From Octopus sinensis (lineage: Eukaryota), in contig NW_021830385.1 of NCBI RefSeq assembly GCF_006345805.1, positions 1 through 5,103 on the forward strand: a stretch of DNA of 5,103 bases, read 5' to 3'. The stretch's first letter is position 1. Each line of letters opens with the position of its first letter. The position numbers and the translations under genes were made by a program. Under the pieces are notes generated by a model that saw only the letters and a list, made by a program, of their open reading frames with translations, searched no databases and was not told where the DNA came from. Positions 1 through 5,103 of the stretch are shown here, piece after piece.

Positions 1-108
1 CAAGCAAATCTGTGGTATTGAGCAGAATATTTGCTGTAGCCCATCTTTTATACCAAGACAAAACAATGTACATGATACCACTTCCAATCAGTAAGATCAG
101 AAGCCATG

Positions 109-110
<2 letters not shown>
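1..110. repeat. Possible fragment of an interspersed repeat, cut by the window edge
   Basis: Mixed-composition sequence that ends abruptly at the (TAT)n tract. It resembles an octopus interspersed repeat from recall only; no diagnostic motif is visible. Confidence 0.25.
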
Positions 111-140
<30 letters not shown>

Positions 141-167
141 GATTATAGTATTATATATGATTATTAT

Positions 168-198
<31 letters not shown>
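111..198. repeat. (TAT)n trinucleotide microsatellite, imperfect in the middle
   Basis: Directly visible TATTATTAT runs with a few substitutions. They explain the poly-Tyr and poly-Asn ORF ends. Confidence 0.97.
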
Positions 199-199
<1 letters not shown>

Positions 200-315
200 A
201 AGCATTGAACTGGCAGAATCGTTAGCGCGCCGGTGAAAGTGCTTAGCCTCATTTGGTCCATCTTTGCGTTCTGTGTTCTAATTACGCTGCGGTCGACTTT
301 GCTTTTCATCCTTTC
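200..315 (+). mobile_element. tRNA-derived SINE, family A, 3'-truncated copy
   Basis: A-box-like TGGCAGAATCGTTAG (211-225), degenerate B-box GTTCTAATT (275-283), then GGTCGACTTTGCTTTTCATCCTTTC (291-315). Positions 210-315 align without gaps to 384-489 (23 differences in 106 nt by hand count). Confidence 0.8.
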
Positions 316-375
316 ACTGACGATGAAATAACTACTGGGTTCGCTGTTGCTGACCCTGTGCCTATAGTTATCATT

Positions 376-590
376 AAAACTTGCTGACAGAATCGTTAAC
401 ACACCGGACAAAATGCTTAACATTATTTCATCCGTCTTTGCGTTCTGAGTCTTGATTCCACTGCAGTCAACTTTGCCTTTCATTCTTTCGGGGTCGATAA
501 ATAAAGCACTAGTTGAGCACCGGGGTTAACATGATTGACAAGTCCACTTCAACCAGATTTCATACCTTATACCTGTATTAGAAAGTATTA
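376..590 (+). mobile_element. tRNA-derived SINE, family A, near full-length copy
   Basis: A-box-like TGACAGAATCGTTAA (385-399), B-box-like GAGTCTTGATTCC (447-459), central GCCTTTCATTCTTTCGGGGTCGATAAATAAAGCACTAG (resembles the Meta/MESC-type SINE central domain, inferred), ending in a short TATTATT tail. Paralogous to 200-315. Confidence 0.82.
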
Positions 591-946
591 TTACCTCCGC
601 CTTAGCGAAGGGTGAGGGTGTATTGTTTCTTTCAGTCGTATTTCTTTGTTGGTTGGTTTGTTTGAACCGCAAGATGGATTCGGATGAAAGTTTCAGGGAT
701 GTTTGGCCTCGTGACTGGCACGAACTGATTAGATTTTAGGATCATCCAGTCCGGACAAGAATTCTGGATTATTTTTCCAGTTTTTTTAACTTAATGTTTG
801 AGAGCGATCGGGTTCACTGTTTAATTCTCTGTGAGAGCAGTCGAGTTTATTGAAATATTTCATTTCAAAAAATCATCCCCGTTAATCGTTGAGAGGACGT
901 TGGTGCTGCCTTGGCAGAGGTTTGCGCTCTCTGAGTGGTCTTGTAA
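591..946 (+). mobile_element. Non-autonomous Helentron/Helitron2-type element (HINE / DINE-1-like architecture)
   Basis: Starts at TT. 5' subterminal repeat ACCTCCGCC (593-601) with a nearby partial inverted copy AAGGGTGAGGGT (608-619); short (GTTT/GGTT)n tract at about 646-664; 3' subterminal inverted repeat GGCAGAGGT (913-921, 8/9 match); 3' hairpin CGCTC-TCT-GAGTG (925-937). Confidence 0.75.
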
Positions 947-960
947 TATTTATTTTATGT

Positions 961-1028
961 ATACATACATACATGCATACATAAATACATACATACATAC
1001 ATACAAGCAATACAAGCATACATACATA
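961..1028. repeat. (TACA)n tetranucleotide microsatellite, imperfect
   Basis: Directly visible ATACATACATAC runs. Confidence 0.95.
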
Positions 1029-1029
1029 A

Positions 1030-1421
1030 GCGTAGGAGTGGATGTGTGGTAAGAAGCTTGCTTCCCAACCACATAGTTCTAGGTTCAGTCCAGCTGCGTG
1101 GCACCTTGGGCAAGTCTTCTACTATAGCCTCGGGCCGACCAAAGCCTTGTGAGTGGATTTGGTAGACGGAAACTGAAAGAAACCCGTCGTATATATATAT
1201 GTGTGTATGTATGTGTATGTATGTGTATGTATGTGTGTGTGCGTATTTGTGCCTGTGTTTGTCCCCACCATCACTTGACAACCGATGTTGGAGTGTTTAC
1301 GTCCCCGTAACTTAGCGGTTCGGCTAAGAGAACGATAGAATAAGTACTAGGCTTACAAAGAATCAGTCCTGGGGTCGACTTCTTCCACTAATAGGCGGTG
1401 AATGAAACTAGTAAAAGAGTA
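1030..1421 (+). mobile_element. tRNA-derived CORE-like SINE, family B, near full length, with internal microsatellite
   Basis: A-box TGGATGTGTGG (1039-1049), B-box GGTTCAGTCC (1082-1091), CORE-like CCTTGGGCAAGT (1104-1115), internal (TA)/(TG)/(TATG) tract at 1190-1245, 3' module GATAGAATAAGTACTAG...CTGGGGTCGAC (1334-1379), end near GTAAAAGAGTA. The 3' boundary is from recall of the family. Confidence 0.82.
1190..1245. repeat. Compound (TA)n/(TG)n/(TATGTATGTG)n microsatellite inside SINE B
   Basis: Directly visible. Confidence 0.93.
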
Positions 1422-1448
1422 TATGTGTACAAACAGATAGACAAACAA

Positions 1449-1454
<6 letters not shown>

Positions 1455-1490
<36 letters not shown>
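1455..1490. repeat. (AG)18 dinucleotide microsatellite
   Basis: Perfect AG run, preceded by degenerate ACAA/AGAT units at about 1429-1454. Confidence 0.98.
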
Positions 1491-1494
<4 letters not shown>

Positions 1495-1682
1495 AAGAGA
1501 GAATTAGGCGGTACACTTTGTGTTACACAAATGTTAACAGAACCGTTCGAACTCTCGATACCAACTTTATGCAATGTTTCTCCATTGACAACGAAAATAT
1601 TTTGAGACCTTCATACCCCATCCGTAACCACCCGGATCACCTCAACAGATTTCGCTCTGAACTACGTTCATCCTGATGACGC

Positions 1683-2102
1683 TGTTTGTGTTGTTGTTCT
1701 TGCTATTGTGTGTTGTACTAGTGGTAGGGAGTCACGGTAGTGGTAGCAATGGGGTTGGTGTTGGTGGTGGTGTTGGTGGTGGTGGTGGTGGTTGTGGTAG
1801 TGGTGGTGGTGGTGGTGGTGGTAGTGGTGCGGTGGTGATAGTGGTAGTGGTAGTGGTGGTTGTTGTCATGTTTGTCGTTATGGTGTTGTTGTAATGGTAG
1901 TGCTTGTGGTGGTAGCTGTGATAGTGGTGGTTGTGGTGGTGGAGGTGGCTGTGATGGTACTTGTGGTGGAGGGAATGGTGGTGGTGGTGGCGTTGTTGGT
2001 GCAGGTGTTGATGGTTGTGGTGGTGGTTGTAGTGGCAGTGGTGTTGGTGGTAGTGGTTGTGGTGATAGTGGTGGCAGTGGAGAGGTTGTGGTAGTAATGG
2101 TT

Positions 2103-2147
<45 letters not shown>

Positions 2148-2295
2148 AGTGGTTGTCGCCATCATTGCGGTTGTCTTGGTCTTAGTGGTGGCGAGATGTG
2201 ATCGTGGTGGTGGCGGCAGCGGCGGTGCTGGAAGTGGCGGTGTGAGCGGTGGCGACAGAGGGGTTTGGGTTCTGTGGTTGGCGGTGGTGGTGTTG
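1683..2295. repeat. GGT/GTA/GTT/GGC trinucleotide low-complexity block, including a perfect (GTA)15 at 2103-2147
   Basis: Strong 3-nt periodicity and G+T skew on the + strand. The dominant triplet register shifts several times, so no single frame is favoured. Confidence 0.93.
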
Positions 2296-2400
2296 TCACA
2301 CCTATATCGAACGTGTGTCGAGTAGGTTGGATGTCAGCAGGTACGAATTAACATTGAAGAGGTCAGAAGAGTGTCCGGGTGGTGGTTAGTAAGTGTTGGT

Positions 2401-2483
2401 TCATAGGACCGGGTGGAGAGTGGCGAGGAAGTATTCACTGTCATTTATCATTGTGTTTGTTGTATCTGCTGGCGTATGTGTTT
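2401..2483 (-). CDS. Candidate short terminal coding exon of an unknown minus-strand gene (xTHTPADTTNTMINDSEYFLATLHPVL*)
   Basis: Minus-strand acceptor-like ATTCCCTTATCTTGCTTCAG (plus 2484-2503) with TTTAAT about 35 nt upstream. One phase reads 26 codons to TGA at 2403-2401; the other two stop within 14 codons. Lies in non-repetitive sequence. No homology recognised. Confidence 0.25.
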
Positions 2484-2613
2484 CTGAAGCAAGATAAGGG
2501 AATTATTGAATAGAAATTAAATCGAATCACACCAAATAGATTACAATACGAAACGCAATGCTAAATTCAATGCAAGGATGTAATACAACATTGAATAGAG
2601 GAATCTGGATACG

Positions 2614-2653
2614 AGGTAGGTAGGTAGGTAGGTGGGTAGGTAGGTAGGTAGGT

Positions 2654-2711
<58 letters not shown>

Positions 2712-2715
2712 TAGA

Positions 2716-2751
<36 letters not shown>

Positions 2752-2771
2752 TAGACAGACAGATATGTAGG

Positions 2772-2853
<82 letters not shown>
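2614..2853. repeat. Compound tetranucleotide microsatellite (AGGT)n-(GATA)n-(GACA)n-(GATA)n
   Basis: 240 bp of directly visible 4-nt units. It explains the YLSI/IYLS ORFs. Confidence 0.98.
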
Positions 2854-3004
2854 TGTTTCTTTATTAGCCACACAGGGCTGCACATAGACAGGACAAATTA
2901 CAAGGTAGAGCTTTTCTTTTGGGGGTAAAAAAAGGGGGTTTGGTTTTCGATCAAAAGGGAAAGAAAGAGGACAAAAAAAGGGGGGAATAAAATAAAAAAA
3001 AAAA
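2854..3004 (-). mobile_element. Probable 3' end of a 5'-truncated non-LTR retroelement embedded in a (GATA)n array
   Basis: The minus strand reads a T/C-rich tract, then ...CAGCCCTGTGTGGCT-AATAAA-GAAACA running directly into (TATC)n; AATAAA is at plus 2860-2865. (GATA)n resumes on the other side at 3005-3020. Confidence 0.55.
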
Positions 3005-3038
3005 AGATAGATAGATAGATGTGTGTAAAGGGTGAATA

Positions 3039-3350
3039 CCCCTTTCGGTCATCAATGACTATGGGATTACACCTAGAAAGTTACCCTCCAAGGCATAGGT
3101 CCGGGTAAAGTTGTTTATAGAAGACCAGCAGGTTGCCCACGCATACCAGCATCCCTTCTCCATTCCACCGATGTCATCCAAGGGAATGGCCAAGGCTAAT
3201 ACAGCTTGGTACCAGTGACATCGCAACCCTTTTCTACAGATGAGTGAACTGGAGTAACGTGAAATAAAGTGTCTTGCATAAGAACACAACACACACAGCC
3301 TGGTCCAGGAATCGAACTCACTACCTCTAACCACTCTAACCGCCTTCACA
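3039..3350 (-). mobile_element. tRNA-derived CORE-like SINE, family C, with a shortened tRNA head
   Basis: Minus strand: TGTGAAGGCG...AGTGGTTAG (A-box remnant), B-box GAGTTCGATTCC (plus 3308-3319), CORE-like TTGTGTTCTTATGCAAGACACTTTATTTCAC, then about 220 nt of body. The head resembles 4126-4210. Confidence 0.78.
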
Positions 3351-3366
3351 TATGTGTGCGTATGCG

Positions 3367-3465
3367 TATCTTCTTCCCTTCTTTCCTGAGCGTCCAATAA
3401 TACTTTATTTGTTCCACGTCCTCGCGTTGTTGTGTGTTTTTTTGTTTTCCTGTTTGGATTAACTT
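3367..3465. mobile_element. Interspersed repeat fragment abutting (TA)n, possibly a Penelope-like pLTR remnant
   Basis: T-rich segment ending ...GTTTGGATTAACTT at a TA tract. The family assignment is from recall only. Confidence 0.3.
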
Positions 3466-3504
<39 letters not shown>

Positions 3505-3514
3505 ATATATATAT
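3466..3514. repeat. (TA)n microsatellite
   Basis: Directly visible; near perfect to about 3499, then degenerate. Confidence 0.96.
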
Positions 3515-3588
3515 TTAAATTTTATTTGTTAGGGAATAAAAATTCCGGCATAACAGAGGTTCAAATTATTCCCAATGAAGAAATATAT

Positions 3589-3739
3589 TTTAATTTAGAG
3601 ATAGTAGACCCGGAGTGGTTTAGGAACCGGAGGATGTACCTCATGAAACACGCGTTGCCAAGTATTAAAACAGTAGGTATTTAAAATAAAAATTATTTTT
3701 ATATGGTGAGATGTAGGGGCCTACTATCTCTAAATTAAA
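3589..3739. mobile_element. 151-bp unit bounded by a perfect 19-bp inverted repeat (MITE-like, or inverted retroelement end)
   Basis: TTTAATTTAGAGATAGTAG (3589-3607) is the exact reverse complement of CTACTATCTCTAAATTAAA (3721-3739). ATATAT or (TA)n lies outside both arms. Confidence 0.6.
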
Positions 3740-4078
3740 TAAATATATATATACATACACGTATGCATACACATAAAATAGATAGATAGATATAACGAAT
3801 CAATCAAAGATTAAATTTATCATAATTTGGAACCAAGATATGAAAAAAATAGAAATGTCATTCACTCAAATTGCGGATGAAGATATGCTCGATAGTTGAG
3901 AAATATCTATTAATTGAGGAGAAACTTAGATATGTCTTGAAAGGACTGAAACGACAATCGTTCACGGAAGTCATAAAATATAATGATGTGCTAAGAAGAC
4001 GTAGAAAGAGGAGTGTTTGCGCATGAGCGTGATGTGTGTGAGTTTGTGTAAGAGTTTCACTGTGTGAGCGTGTTTGAA

Positions 4079-4096
4079 TGTGTGTGTGTGTGTGTG
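4079..4096. repeat. (TG)9 microsatellite with degenerate TG-rich upstream flank
   Basis: Directly visible. Confidence 0.93.
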
Positions 4097-4125
4097 GTAG
4101 TCGAATAACCTAACTAAATACTGGA

Positions 4126-4210
4126 GTGTGGAAGCTCGTGGCTTAGTGGTTAGAGGTTTCCATTTCTGGAGCGACCGATGCGTTGTATCCTTGAGTAAAA
4201 TACTTCACCC
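4126..4210 (+). mobile_element. Truncated tRNA-derived CORE-like SINE head, related to family C
   Basis: Canonical A-box TGGCTTAGTGG (4139-4149), decayed B-box GGTTTCCATTTC (4155-4166), CORE-like TTGTATCCTTGAGTAAAATACTTCAC (4183-4208). Confidence 0.65.
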
Positions 4211-4624
4211 ACATCATTCTGTTTGTTCTTATTCTTGCTCATATTCTTTTTCTGCCCTTTTTAAGAAAAAGACAAACACACTGTACCTATTGTTAACTGT
4301 TTCTTATATGTATTAGCCCTCCCAATCACTTAGACCCTCTGAAGAAGCCTAGGGGCACATTCATCATCCAAACTGTATCTGCCCATCACTACAGAACACT
4401 GAAAAGTTGTAGTAGGCAAGGAGGATTTCGTTGCCCCTTGGCAGAAACGGCGGTAAGGAACTAATACCTACTGACAATCTGATCTTTTGCTCTTTTCTGT
4501 AATATTAGTACATATGTATGTATTCTTCTAATATATTCTAGTACATTAGACTAATATTGACATACTAGAATGCCTACCGGTTGGTGTATGAGGTTTTGTA
4601 TCTCCTCCATTTTCTTATTTGCCG
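4211..4624 (+). mobile_element. Probable Penelope-like element pLTR or retrozyme remnant carrying the hammerhead motif (boundaries approximate)
   Basis: The segment begins where the SINE head breaks off, contains the hammerhead motif, is T-rich and ends at (TA)n. Penelope-like elements are known to carry type I hammerheads with a minimal stem III in their pLTRs. Confidence 0.4.
4330..4464 (+). ncRNA. Type I hammerhead ribozyme-like motif with extended stem II
   Basis: Core CTGAAGA (4339-4345) and GAAA (4444-4447). Stem II GCC/GGC (4347-4349/4440-4442) plus AGGGGCA/TGCCCCT (4351-4357/4432-4438). Minimal stem III AC-GGCG-GT. Cleavage triplet GUA (4453-4455). Stem I CCT/AGG (4336-4338/4456-4458) plus TTAG/CTAA (4330-4333/4461-4464). 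Confidence 0.72.
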
Positions 4625-4643
4625 TATATATATATATATATAT
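4625..4643. repeat. (TA)9 microsatellite
   Basis: Directly visible. Confidence 0.95.
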
Positions 4644-5103
4644 CTTATTATAAAAGGCAGATTTTATCTGCCTCCCTTTGTCAGTTATAGAAATCTACAA
4701 TATAGGATTTCTTCAATTACAATTTACCTAGCATTTTTAAGAGTAGAATGCATCGAGTCATGCCAGGTCCAGTTTTTAAAATTTAAACTCCAATTAAGCA
4801 AAATTTACAGAAAACTCACATTCTGGTGTGTATGTCAAATGCTGTTCTTAATGTGGTTTACACCACACGCACACGCACACACACAGTGTGCAACGAATAA
4901 AATGAAAGTAATTCACTGTGTGTGTGTTGACAGGTAGACAATAGAATGCGATGGCGATGGCGATGTAATATTTGTTTATCTGTCTATCACCTGATAGATA
5001 CATGAGTAAAATGTATGGCAAGCTAAGAGATAAGAGTGAGTGAAAATGTTCTTGGAAGAGAGTAAATAGCGAGAGTGATTTGAGGAAGACTTTACATTAA
5101 ATA
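4643..5103 (+). mobile_element. Possible Helitron-like non-autonomous element, 5' portion, running off the window
   Basis: Begins A|TCTTATTATAAAAG, matching the Helitron 5' TC after a host A. Hairpin AGGCAGAT-TTT-ATCTGCCT (4655-4673) and several more inverted repeats follow. The 3' CTRR end is not in the window. Confidence 0.4.

Noticed and set aside
317-328. CTGACGA-T-GAAA hammerhead-like core
   Set aside because: There is no room for stem II and no stem III or cleavage triplet in the right place, so it is likely chance.
12-483. ORFs 12-200 (+) and 169-483 (-)
   Set aside because: They are translations of the (TAT)n tract and of two SINE copies. The internal peptide repeat simply reflects the SINE pair.
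1030-1100. tRNA gene
   Set aside because: The A and B boxes are present, but the sequence runs on into a CORE-like SINE body and has no convincing cloverleaf or terminator. The same applies to the other heads.
831-1676. ORFs 831-1052, 955-1281, 1353-1574 and 1398-1676
   Set aside because: They cross unrelated element boundaries and microsatellites (HTHTY, SLSL, ERER) and show no recognisable domain.
1676-2201. Gly/Cys-rich, poly-Val and poly-Thr/Tyr ORFs resembling structural proteins or mucins
   Set aside because: Several frames on both strands are open because the triplets lack stops, and the register shifts repeatedly. This is expected for non-coding cryptic simple sequence.
2527-2885. 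YLSI-repeat ORFs
   Set aside because: Artefacts of the (GATA)n/(GACA)n/(AGGT)n array.
3059-3397. 112-aa minus-strand ORF
   Set aside because: It lies almost entirely within a SINE.
4128-4937. ORFs 4128-4316 and 4581-4937
   Set aside because: Non-ATG starts in a eukaryotic context, spanning repeat junctions and (TA)n.
1-5103. CRISPR array or prokaryotic system
   Set aside because: There are no regularly spaced repeats with unique spacers and no gene-dense organisation; the sequence is eukaryotic in character.

Overview
Eukaryotic (metazoan) non-coding, repeat-saturated DNA. The SINE families and microsatellite load resemble octopus/cephalopod genomes; this is from recall and unverified. No ORF in the supplied track looks like a real gene: most are translations of microsatellites, low-complexity DNA or interspersed repeats. 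The window is a mosaic of five tRNA-derived SINE copies from about three families, a Helentron/HINE-type non-autonomous element (591-946), a probable retroelement 3' end sitting inside a (GATA)n array, a 19-bp terminal-inverted-repeat unit among TA tracts, a possible Helitron 5' end, many microsatellites and a 600-bp GGT-rich low-complexity block. A weak candidate terminal coding exon lies on the minus strand (2401-2483). The most notable signal is a type I hammerhead-ribozyme-like fold at 4330-4464 with an intact catalytic core (CTGAAGA...GAAAC-GGCG-GTA) and an unusually long, internally paired stem II, probably from a Penelope-like element or retrozyme.
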